This document shows, one piece after another, positions 1 to 7,736 of a stretch of DNA of 54,655 nucleotides. The stretch lies in the sequence record MH706966; one strand, written 5' to 3'. A model generated the notes under the pieces. The model did no database searches. It had not been told where the DNA came from and saw only the letters and a program-made list of their open reading frames with translations. The position numbers and the translations under genes are program-made. Source of the DNA: Enterobacteria phage mEp021. Positions within the stretch are counted from its first letter, which is position 1. Each line of letters opens with the position of its first letter.

Positions 1-149
1 TCCAGACAGTAACGATTCGTAGTGTTTAGTTGCGTTCAGACTGGTTAATGGATGATAGAAAATATCATTTAAATTCACTAAGTTACACATCAATCTTCCG
101 CAGATGTGTTTTAATCCGTTCGATGATGTTAATATCCGTTCAGATAAAA

Positions 150-172
150 TTGTGTACCAAATCGTGACCAAA
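150..172. repeat. Candidate attL core (direct repeat of 54564-54586, 21/23 identical)
   Basis: TTGTGTACCAAATCGTGACCAAA here versus TTGTGTACCAAATAGAGACCAAA at the right end, in the same orientation. It lies 14 nt upstream of the int start. Confidence 0.4.
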
Positions 173-185
173 AAGAGGTGTCATA

Positions 186-1400
186 ATGCTGACGGATACG
201 AAATTACGCGCAATAGCAAACAAGCCATATGACGGCCCGAACGAGATAGCAGATCGCGACGGCTTGTCTGCAAGGGTAAGCCCGAAAGGGAAAATAACTT
301 TCCAGTTCAGGTACAGGTTCAACGGTAAGCCTGTAAGGATGAAGATCGGCGATTACGGCAGCATGACGTTAAAAGATGCACGCTACGCGGTTGCAGAATA
401 CAAAGAGCTATTAGCGAAGGGGAAGAACCCAACTGTTTCAGTAAAGCAAGCGATAAGTTTTGAGCGTGGCAAATTAACGATAAGCGCCATTGTGAGCGAC
501 TATTTATCTCTGCCAAACGTTATTAAGCTGGTTGCATATAATGACGTCAGGAGCGCGCTTAAGCGTCATGTTGTCGATAAATTCGGTGAGTATATTGCCG
601 ATGATGTCAGCACGAAACAATGGATGGATATGTTTGGTGAGATCACTGCGGCGGGCCACGCGGTTACGGCTGGCCTAATACTTAAGCGAATGAAGATTGT
701 TGTGAACAGTGCTATCCGGCGCGGGCTAATGACCAGTACGGCGATAAACAACATCAGGGTTATTGACGTTGGCGAAAATTATGCGGTTGGCGAACGTTAT
801 TTATCATGCGATGAAATAGGCCATTTCTGGCGAACGGTGGATGATTCGCAGATCTACCGTCAGAACAAGATAGCATTAAAGCTATTGTTGCTCACCGGGT
901 GCAGGGTGGGAGAATTGCAGAAAATGCGGAGGGAACACCTCGACCTGGATAACGGTGTGTGGACCGTTCCGGCAGCGGTGGCGAAGACAAGGAGTGAAAT
1001 CAGGCGTGGATTATCTGATCTGTCAATAGAAATGCTCAGGGAGGTATTAGCCTCCCATGAGTATGATTATGTGTTCCCGCCAGTGATTAACGGCGGTAAC
1101 AGGCCAGTAAACGCATCAGTGATAAAAGTAGCTGCAATCTTCGTGCGTAAAAGAATGGGCGGTAAGTCGTGGTCCTGTCACGACCTCCGCCGGACGTGCA
1201 GGACGCACCTGTCAGCCATAGGTGTTCCGGTACATATCGCGGAAAAGATTTTAGGCCACTCACTAAGGGGAATTCTGGCGGTGTACGACAAATATGATTA
1301 TCTTGATGAACAAAAGGATGCGCTAAATAAGTTTGCGGATTATGTATTATCTTTGGCTGACGTCAAACCAATCTCATCAAAGAACCGCATTACATCCTGA
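186..1400 (+). CDS. int: Tyrosine recombinase / phage integrase (P4-like, N-terminal arm-binding domain)
   Basis: 404 aa. The N-terminus LTDTKLRAI...GLSARVSPKGKITFQFRYRFNGK is typical of P4-type integrases. The C-terminal catalytic signature is HDLRRT...LGH...Y. Confidence 0.9.
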   Translation: MLTDTKLRAIANKPYDGPNEIADRDGLSARVSPKGKITFQFRYRFNGKPVRMKIGDYGSMTLKDARYAVAEYKELLAKGKNPTVSVKQAISFERGKLTISAIVSDYLSLPNVIKLVAYNDVRSALKRHVVDKFGEYIADDVSTKQWMDMFGEITAAGHAVTAGLILKRMKIVVNSAIRRGLMTSTAINNIRVIDVGENYAVGERYLSCDEIGHFWRTVDDSQIYRQNKIALKLLLLTGCRVGELQKMRREHLDLDNGVWTVPAAVAKTRSEIRRGLSDLSIEMLREVLASHEYDYVFPPVINGGNRPVNASVIKVAAIFVRKRMGGKSWSCHDLRRTCRTHLSAIGVPVHIAEKILGHSLRGILAVYDKYDYLDEQKDALNKFADYVLSLADVKPISSKNRITS

Positions 1401-1570
1401 TAGCGATACATGACGCCACGCCCGGTCCCCAACACATCAACCGGGTCCGGGAATGGAGTTCCGTTTTCCTCCCACTTTTTACGCCATGAATAAAACGTTC
1501 CCCTGCTAATTCCGCCCAGCATACGGCAGATGGCAGGGCGACTAAGAAGAATTGTTGCCGTCTTATCCAT
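1340..1570 (-). CDS. AlpA/excisionase-family small HTH protein (likely Xis/recombination directionality factor)
   Basis: 76 aa with an LSRPAICRMLGGISRGTFYSWRKK helix-turn-helix. It sits adjacent to int, convergent with it, and overlaps the int 3' end by 61 nt. Confidence 0.65.
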   Translation of the reverse strand: MDKTATILLSRPAICRMLGGISRGTFYSWRKKWEENGTPFPDPVDVLGTGRGVMYRYQDVMRFFDEIGLTSAKDNT

Positions 1571-1573
1571 TAT

Positions 1574-2227
1574 TTACCCCCCCGTGTATTCAACGTGTGC
1601 GATACAGCCATCAATAATTGCTTGTGCCATGTTGCGATAATCGCACGAAAAATCATTGTCATGGTTAAAGTCAATCTCTTTTGCCGCGTCTTCACCAATC
1701 ACCTTAGTAGCCAGCGCAAACGCAATTTGTGACAGTGCTTTTTCTTTTGGATCTATCCATCTGCGATATTTAAACCCATTCCATCTGGCTGTTTCTTCGT
1801 GTTTACCATCCTTTCTAACAAAGATCCCTAACTCATCGCCAGTAAAAATATATTTAGCTACGCAGTACATAGGGGCAAATTCCCCTGGGTAAAATTCTAG
1901 CCATACATTTAACGGCGGTCTTTCTCCTGGCTGCCATTCCTCGACTTTCTGCTTATCGCAATCATGGCGCTCATCTTCGATTAATTCATCAATGATTTCA
2001 CTTTCTTTATTCATGCCGTCATCATCCTTATTCGATAAATCATCGTATTTTTCAAATTTCCAGCCTGAAGCCATAGCCGAATAAGTGCTGCCATTGTCAG
2101 CACGGATACCTAATAAATAGTATGTTCCGAAATTATATTCTGTGCGGCATGTTGCCACCTCAAACGATGGGTAACACTCAGGGTTAGCGCGATGACTAAT
2201 CACGCCAATTGCTTTAAGTTTATTCAT
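1574..2227 (-). CDS. Hypothetical protein (217 aa, acidic centre)
   Basis: Long ORF tightly packed at the end of the minus-strand early operon. No motif recognised. Confidence 0.55.
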   Translation of the reverse strand: MNKLKAIGVISHRANPECYPSFEVATCRTEYNFGTYYLLGIRADNGSTYSAMASGWKFEKYDDLSNKDDDGMNKESEIIDELIEDERHDCDKQKVEEWQPGERPPLNVWLEFYPGEFAPMYCVAKYIFTGDELGIFVRKDGKHEETARWNGFKYRRWIDPKEKALSQIAFALATKVIGEDAAKEIDFNHDNDFSCDYRNMAQAIIDGCIAHVEYTGG

Positions 2228-2241
2228 TTGCTTATCCTCAA

Positions 2242-2418
2242 TTACGCCACAGCTACATTGTCAACTTTGATAAAATATTCAGGGTGATTTTCTATTTCGT
2301 GCTGAAAGTGAGCGTGACATAATCGCCAATCACGCGCCTGGTTGTGAAAGTAATAAACGTATTCGCCATCAACCTTATACAAAATGCCTGTAGGTTTAGC
2401 CATGTAATAACTAACCAT
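2242..2418 (-). CDS. Hypothetical small protein (58 aa)
   Basis: Not in the ORF track (under 60 aa). Its ATG overlaps the ninB stop as TAATG, and it fills the gap between two genes. Confidence 0.4.
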   Translation of the reverse strand: MVSYYMAKPTGILYKVDGEYVYYFHNQARDWRLCHAHFQHEIENHPEYFIKVDNVAVA

Positions 2419-2849
2419 TATTGCCCCCAGCGTTTTATAAATTCCTCGTTCAACTTAGTGTCACCAGACCATTGAACATTATGTTCAGCGCCGAACGAGT
2501 AGATCAGTTCGATTAGTTCGCTAAATTCTGCTTTACTCATCCGGCTGGTTGACGTACCCAGCACAACAAAACCTGATTTATCCAGGTTAGGGACAACGCC
2601 ATATTTCTTAAGTCCGGCAGTAAATACCGCCTTCCAGTCTTCCGGCGACAGCTTTTTTCCGTACCAATTAACCTGATCGCTAATGTCGGTTAACAGCGCC
2701 CATAAAAGGCTATTTTGACTAAGCGAGCGGGTTTTCTCCTGGATGGTAATTATCAGCGGGCTTTTGCTATCAGACTGGATCTCTCTTATCTGCCTGATAG
2801 CGTTTTCTTTTACGGCGTCGTTTACTATTTCAAATCTAATTTGCCTCAT
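2418..2849 (-). CDS. ninB: NinB/Orf-family recombination mediator
   Basis: 143 aa. Collinear with my recollection of lambda NinB: ...ITIQEKTRSLSQN..LWA...VVPNL...GFVVLGTSTSRM...EF.ELIELI..FG....V.WS. Confidence 0.8.
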   Translation of the reverse strand: MRQIRFEIVNDAVKENAIRQIREIQSDSKSPLIITIQEKTRSLSQNSLLWALLTDISDQVNWYGKKLSPEDWKAVFTAGLKKYGVVPNLDKSGFVVLGTSTSRMSKAEFSELIELIYSFGAEHNVQWSGDTKLNEEFIKRWGQ

Positions 2850-3573
2850 GGTTAGATAACGCCTCGTTTATTCTATTTGATGCAATTTCGAAATATTTTT
2901 CATCCTTTTCTATGCCGATAAAACGTCGGTTAGTATTAATGCAGGCAACGCCTGTAGTTCCGCTGCCCATAGTAAAATCGAGAACCGTTTCCCCTTCGTT
3001 AGTGTATGTCTTAATTAGGTATTCCATCAGTGCGACAGGCTTTTGTGTTGGGTGTACCTTGCCTTTCTGGTTTGCGTTACTTATCTCTATAATGCTTTTA
3101 GGGTGCTTATCCTTATAAGTCCTTAAATCACCATAATTAATTATGCGGTTTGCCTCCCCAGCAGAATATGTTTTACCCGTCCTTTCCTTTTGCGGAGTTT
3201 TTATTGGGTAATATTTGACAGCGCCTTTAGAAAAAACAACAACATCCTCATGCACCCTATAAGGTTGCCATTTGAGGACTTGCATGTTACCGCCTTTCTT
3301 CTTGTCCCATACCCAGCAATATTTAAACATGCTTATGTTGCTTGCAATTAGTGTTGTAGTGAACGGCTGACTTGCAGTCATCACAATGGCGCAATTCGGC
3401 TTAACTATGCGCTTTAATTGCTCCCACATTGGATTAAGAGGAATGACGGAATCCCATTTGCAGGCCGTTGTGCCGTAAGGCGGATCAGCCATTACCATAT
3501 CAACGCTACCGCCTGGGATAGAGTTCATGACCTCCAGACAATCACCCAACAATAATGTAACATCTTTATTCAT
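2836..3573 (-). CDS. DNA methyltransferase (N6-adenine/N4-cytosine class, DPPY motif)
   Basis: 245 aa with the catalytic motif VMADPPYGT and an HPTQKP motif, followed by a C-terminal SAM-binding FTMGSGTTG. Confidence 0.85.
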   Translation of the reverse strand: MNKDVTLLLGDCLEVMNSIPGGSVDMVMADPPYGTTACKWDSVIPLNPMWEQLKRIVKPNCAIVMTASQPFTTTLIASNISMFKYCWVWDKKKGGNMQVLKWQPYRVHEDVVVFSKGAVKYYPIKTPQKERTGKTYSAGEANRIINYGDLRTYKDKHPKSIIEISNANQKGKVHPTQKPVALMEYLIKTYTNEGETVLDFTMGSGTTGVACINTNRRFIGIEKDEKYFEIASNRINEALSNHEAN

Positions 3574-3582
3574 TATGTTGCC

Positions 3583-3780
3583 TCATGATACACCGTTACT
3601 ATTTTTCCACTGTGACCGCGCATACATGATCGCCCACAGAGAAATAAGCCTTGAGCTAGACATATAATCGTTTTTGAGTTTTTTCATATCAATAATAACA
3701 GGACTATCAGGATCGTCACCTCGCATGTATTCCGCAATCGTGCTCAAGTCTTCCACGGTCAAATCTAATTCCCTATTCAT
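3583..3780 (-). CDS. Hypothetical protein (65 aa)
   Basis: ORF packed in the minus-strand operon. Confidence 0.45.
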   Translation of the reverse strand: MNRELDLTVEDLSTIAEYMRGDDPDSPVIIDMKKLKNDYMSSSRLISLWAIMYARSQWKNSNGVS

Positions 3781-3789
3781 GGTCGCCCC

Positions 3790-3996
3790 TTACACAATCC
3801 GCATTGTGTTTCGTAATTCACCGCGCAACGCCTGCAAAGCGTAATGAATCGGCACAAAAGCACGGTTAAATTTTACGTGCTTATACTTGCGCATTAGTGG
3901 CGGCGTATAAACCATCGTGCCGCAAGGATCGCATGTGAATTTAAAGTGAGATTCGTCAATAAACGTTTCAACTGAATAAAAAATTACCCGTCTCAT
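3790..3996 (-). CDS. Hypothetical protein (68 aa)
   Basis: ORF packed in the operon. Overlaps the upstream gene by 4 nt. Confidence 0.45.
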   Translation of the reverse strand: MRRVIFYSVETFIDESHFKFTCDPCGTMVYTPPLMRKYKHVKFNRAFVPIHYALQALRGELRNTMRIV

Positions 3997-4586
3997 AATT
4001 CCAACCCCGTTTCCACGTTGAGTTTTTCAATCTCAAATACTGGTTTATCAGGAAGCAGCCCGTTATTTTTACGGTATTCGTTCAGGCGGCTGTCAAAGTC
4101 AAACGCCAAATCATTAGCGTGACCGAATCGCCCAGGTTTAAACAGTGAGTAAAAGTTAACCCCGTGCCTATTTGGATCAACGCAAAGCGTTTCATCAATC
4201 ACCATTAGGCGAAGAGTACGAGAAAGATAATTCCACGGGATACCAGTCTCCGCACTAATGTCACGCATACGCTTTTTAACGCTGTAGTCACCAAATAACG
4301 ACGCAACACGCTCACGACGTTCAGCATATAACTGTTTAATACGATAGCCCAGCAGACGGCGGCGGCGTCCAAAACATGTATATACGCGCTCGACGATACC
4401 GTTTTTTATTAAGTGTTTAATTGTCTCAGGAAGTAACCCATCTTTATCATATCCAGCTAATAACCCCGTTTTATTGCGCAACTGGTGCATTGTTGCGATG
4501 CCATCAAGTTCAAGGATATTGATAACTTTTGTTTCAAGTTCAGCGCTCATTGTTTTTAGCCTCGTTTTAAACGCGATAACAGCCAC
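3993..4586 (-). CDS. Hypothetical protein, possible winged-helix DNA binder (197 aa; alternative start 4550)
   Basis: Long ORF immediately downstream of the helicase. Basic, with an HTH-like segment IATMHQLRNKTGLL. Confidence 0.5.
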   Translation of the reverse strand: MAVIAFKTRLKTMSAELETKVINILELDGIATMHQLRNKTGLLAGYDKDGLLPETIKHLIKNGIVERVYTCFGRRRRLLGYRIKQLYAERRERVASLFGDYSVKKRMRDISAETGIPWNYLSRTLRLMVIDETLCVDPNRHGVNFYSLFKPGRFGHANDLAFDFDSRLNEYRKNNGLLPDKPVFEIEKLNVETGLEL

Positions 4587-4629
4587 CAGAAAGCGGTAAA
4601 CTTTCCGGTAAGCCGTTTGCTCATATTGA

Positions 4630-6045
4630 TTAAAAAGATGCGTTATTCTGGTTGTTTCGTTGGTTAAATCTGCCTGTGCGGTGATTCATAGACTGAATAC
4701 ACGCAGCAGCCGCGCGTGCCTGGTCGCATGGTAAAATGTTGCCGTTATCATCAAACCGCTGGTAAACAGTGCCAGATTTACCATGACGGTTTTTCGATAC
4801 AATGATTTCCATATATTCGCGGGCTACAGACTGCTCATCGTAATATCCATCGCGGTAAACCATGATGATCCTGTCAGCATCTTGTTCAAGGTTCCCGGAA
4901 TCGCGCAGATCTGAATTGTTAGGACGCTTGTTCGGTCGCTCCTCAACGCGGCGTGACAACTGCGCCAGCGCTAACACTGGAACGCGCAATTCTTTTGCCA
5001 TCATCTTCAACGACCATGACAATTGCCCAACAGCGAGATCATGACGTTCAGCCTTAGCCAGCTTCATCAACCCGATGTAGTCAATCATTACCATACCCAG
5101 GTTAGGATGTTCCTGTTTCATCCGTTCCGTGGTGGCGCGTATTTCCTCAACCGTTAACTGCGACGCGTCAACGATCCACACATCAAGATTAGCAAGTGCG
5201 CTCATACCCTTGCCGACATGCGCCCACCCCTCATCATCAAGTTTTACCGGATTACGCAGGCAGTCTGTTGATAAATTACCAGCGCCAGCTATAGCGCGTT
5301 CAGTCATCTGATCGAGTGACATTTCAAGCGTGAAGAACAAAACGCCAACCCGCTGATCTTTACTGCCAGGGTAAGGGCGCTCAGCGGCAGCGCGGGCAAT
5401 TGTCAGCGCCAACGCAGATTTACCAGACCCAGGGCGTCCAGCTAAAAGCACCAAATCAGTAGCGTTAATGCCTCCCAACATCTCATCGAGTGGATCTATC
5501 CCTGTTTTGATGTTGTCAGAATTAACACCGCATTCCATGCGCTTGCTTAAAACGTCCGTATATTCCTGTACCGCATCACGCAACAGAACAGGAATGATCT
5601 TATCTTTCGTTACCTTTAATTTTGAATACCGGGAATCAAAATCTTTCATCGTCTCTTTGACGACCTCAAGCGTCCCCGTCTCCAGTTTGTAGCGCATATC
5701 GTCGATGAGTTCCAACATCTGCCGCCGCTGGTGCTCTTCACGTAGTAGCTGTGCGTATCCCTTCAGGTTGGCAGCAGACGGGCACGATCTCGCCGTTTGC
5801 ATTAGCGGTACAAAGTTTTCGTTGCCAATCTCATCGCCAACCAATAACGCGTCAATAAGATTCCTGTTTCTGGCTTGCGCCCTGATAATTTCAAACGCAC
5901 GTTTATACAGCGGAATCGTGAACACTTCAGGATCAAGAGTGGCGAGAACATCTTGCGCGTTAGGAGTAAGGCCGCCCAACAGCAGCCCACCGATAACTGA
6001 CGCCTCACGTTCCTGCCGTAGTGAGTTTATTTGCTCAGTTACCAT
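4630..6045 (-). CDS. Replicative DNA helicase, DnaB family
   Basis: 471 aa. Walker A motif GRPGSGKSALAL, DnaB-type motifs (LFFTLEMS, DYIGLM, LAQLSR...RPNNSDLRDSG.IEQDAD) and a DnaB-like N-terminal domain. Confidence 0.9.
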   Translation of the reverse strand: MVTEQINSLRQEREASVIGGLLLGGLTPNAQDVLATLDPEVFTIPLYKRAFEIIRAQARNRNLIDALLVGDEIGNENFVPLMQTARSCPSAANLKGYAQLLREEHQRRQMLELIDDMRYKLETGTLEVVKETMKDFDSRYSKLKVTKDKIIPVLLRDAVQEYTDVLSKRMECGVNSDNIKTGIDPLDEMLGGINATDLVLLAGRPGSGKSALALTIARAAAERPYPGSKDQRVGVLFFTLEMSLDQMTERAIAGAGNLSTDCLRNPVKLDDEGWAHVGKGMSALANLDVWIVDASQLTVEEIRATTERMKQEHPNLGMVMIDYIGLMKLAKAERHDLAVGQLSWSLKMMAKELRVPVLALAQLSRRVEERPNKRPNNSDLRDSGNLEQDADRIIMVYRDGYYDEQSVAREYMEIIVSKNRHGKSGTVYQRFDDNGNILPCDQARAAAACIQSMNHRTGRFNQRNNQNNASF

Positions 6046-6079
6046 TATGTTATTACCTCCGGTTTACAAAATGGAAAAT

Positions 6080-6586
6080 TCAGGGTAAAGAAATACCGTG
6101 ATTGCTATGAAAGTTATACATTCTTTCAGCTTCTTTTCTTGCTTTTACGGCATCATCAAATGAGTCACCGTAATAAACGTACATTGTTTTCTTTTTCCCA
6201 TCAGACCCCCTTATACCTATTTGCGCCCGCCATTTATGGGTTTTCTTGTTCCACGTAACGCCAACGCATCCGCTAGTATTACTTGATGGCATTGTTTTGT
6301 TTCTGTTATTCTCCTTCCTTGTCACTATCCTTAAGTTTTCGATTCTATCGTCACCAGGTACATGATTTATGTGATCTATTTCCATTCCATCAGGAATAGG
6401 GCCGTTAAACATTTCCCAGATAATGCGGTGACGCCATGTGCAACAAATACCATTAACGCGTATAGTCCAATATCCGCGATAATGTTTACATCCAGCCACG
6501 CTACCTGCTTTTATTTTGTTATTTGCACGGTTACAAGACCAATATAGAACGCCGTCGCTATATGTAAATAAATCATCCCACATCAT
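6080..6586 (-). CDS. HNH homing endonuclease with AP2-type DNA-binding domain
   Basis: HNH_3-like EIDHINHVPGDDRIENLRIVTRKENNRN followed by the AP2-like SGCVGVTWNKKTHKWRAQI. The start was moved to the ATGATG at 6586/6583 so that only 14 nt overlap the upstream gene. Confidence 0.8.
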   Translation of the reverse strand: MMWDDLFTYSDGVLYWSCNRANNKIKAGSVAGCKHYRGYWTIRVNGICCTWRHRIIWEMFNGPIPDGMEIDHINHVPGDDRIENLRIVTRKENNRNKTMPSSNTSGCVGVTWNKKTHKWRAQIGIRGSDGKKKTMYVYYGDSFDDAVKARKEAERMYNFHSNHGISLP

Positions 6587-7703
6587 GACACCCAACCATT
6601 TCAGGCCTATATACAAAGCGACCAATTTCGCCATAATCAGGGCTGTAAATGATAACCGCCGCGCAACGTTGCGATCTCCAGCCTCCATTAGTTGAATAAG
6701 CGTCTTTTCCCGCTAACGTGCCGTGGTGTTCAACTATGCCTATAGATGATTCTGTTACTGATTTATGGTGCAAATGTCCGACATGGACGTAAACATATTT
6801 CGACTTGCCAAAATCCTCACGCCAGTCAGCTACGCAAGCAGACAATAAATTTTCAGGCTTTTTGATAGTGTGCCCGTGGTGGTAAGCAAGGAATGTTTTT
6901 CCGTACTGTGTGTGGTGGACGATGGCAGGGGACACATCAACCGTCACGCGCGGTTCATCTTCGTAAAAAGCCGCCAGCGCCGCACGTAGCCAGATCATTC
7001 CTGACTGGTCGTGATTGCCGGATAACACCTGGATTTCAACATCCTTATGATTTAATAACATCTTCCCTACCGCCCGCCGGACAGACCGGATCGCTACATA
7101 AACAAGTTTTGCGTAGCGACTATCTTGATCAAGAATGTGCCCGCTTGTTGGTGTCACCGGGACCATACCGTCAGAATGAAGTAGATCGCCACCGAGGAGC
7201 AGTACTGCTTTTTCAGACATAGGAGCAGCGCCAACCGCGTAGTCAAAGAAGTCATTCAACACGCGCTCAGCGATCCCAGTATCGTAGCTCTCACCGCATT
7301 CAGCTTTATGAGCAAGTGCCCCGATATGCAGGTCAAACACCGGATAAAGAGCCAGGCTTTTTTGAAAATCAATTTCCGGCACTGGCACTGCCTCCGCGCG
7401 TGGTATTTCTTCCGTGAATGCGTCGCGGGCGGCTTCCATTAGCCTTTCCATTTCATCGCGATCACGGGCTGTTTTAATCCAGCGCATGACCGTATTACCA
7501 GCCTTATCGACAAGAACAGATTCACCAGTAACGCCAAAACCCGGTGCGCGGCGCGTTGATAATAAACCGCGTTTCGCCAGCTTTGCGCCAAGCCGCTCGA
7601 CGTTGCGTTTTGACATGCCATATTTTTCGGCGATCTGTTTATACGTTAAACCGTTGTTATATTCAGCGATCAATTGCTCATCGCTTATCTTTCTTTGCGA
7701 CAT
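6573..7703 (-). CDS. N-terminal HTH fused to a calcineurin-like metallophosphoesterase (replication-module protein)
   Basis: 376 aa. HTH LTYKQIAEKYGMSKRNVERL, then phosphoesterase motifs DLHIG, GGDLLHSDG, GNHD, HHGH and GHLHH. Confidence 0.7.
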   Translation of the reverse strand: MSQRKISDEQLIAEYNNGLTYKQIAEKYGMSKRNVERLGAKLAKRGLLSTRRAPGFGVTGESVLVDKAGNTVMRWIKTARDRDEMERLMEAARDAFTEEIPRAEAVPVPEIDFQKSLALYPVFDLHIGALAHKAECGESYDTGIAERVLNDFFDYAVGAAPMSEKAVLLLGGDLLHSDGMVPVTPTSGHILDQDSRYAKLVYVAIRSVRRAVGKMLLNHKDVEIQVLSGNHDQSGMIWLRAALAAFYEDEPRVTVDVSPAIVHHTQYGKTFLAYHHGHTIKKPENLLSACVADWREDFGKSKYVYVHVGHLHHKSVTESSIGIVEHHGTLAGKDAYSTNGGWRSQRCAAVIIYSPDYGEIGRFVYRPEMVGCHDVG

Positions 7704-7736
7704 AATGTTACTTCCTCATGTTTACGTTTTGTATAT

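Noticed and set aside
1-149. tRNA or tmRNA gene at the integrase-proximal flank (also 54587-54655)
   Set aside because: I saw no cloverleaf-compatible sequence or conserved T-loop (GTTCGAATC-like) in either flank. The flanks are too short to identify host genes.
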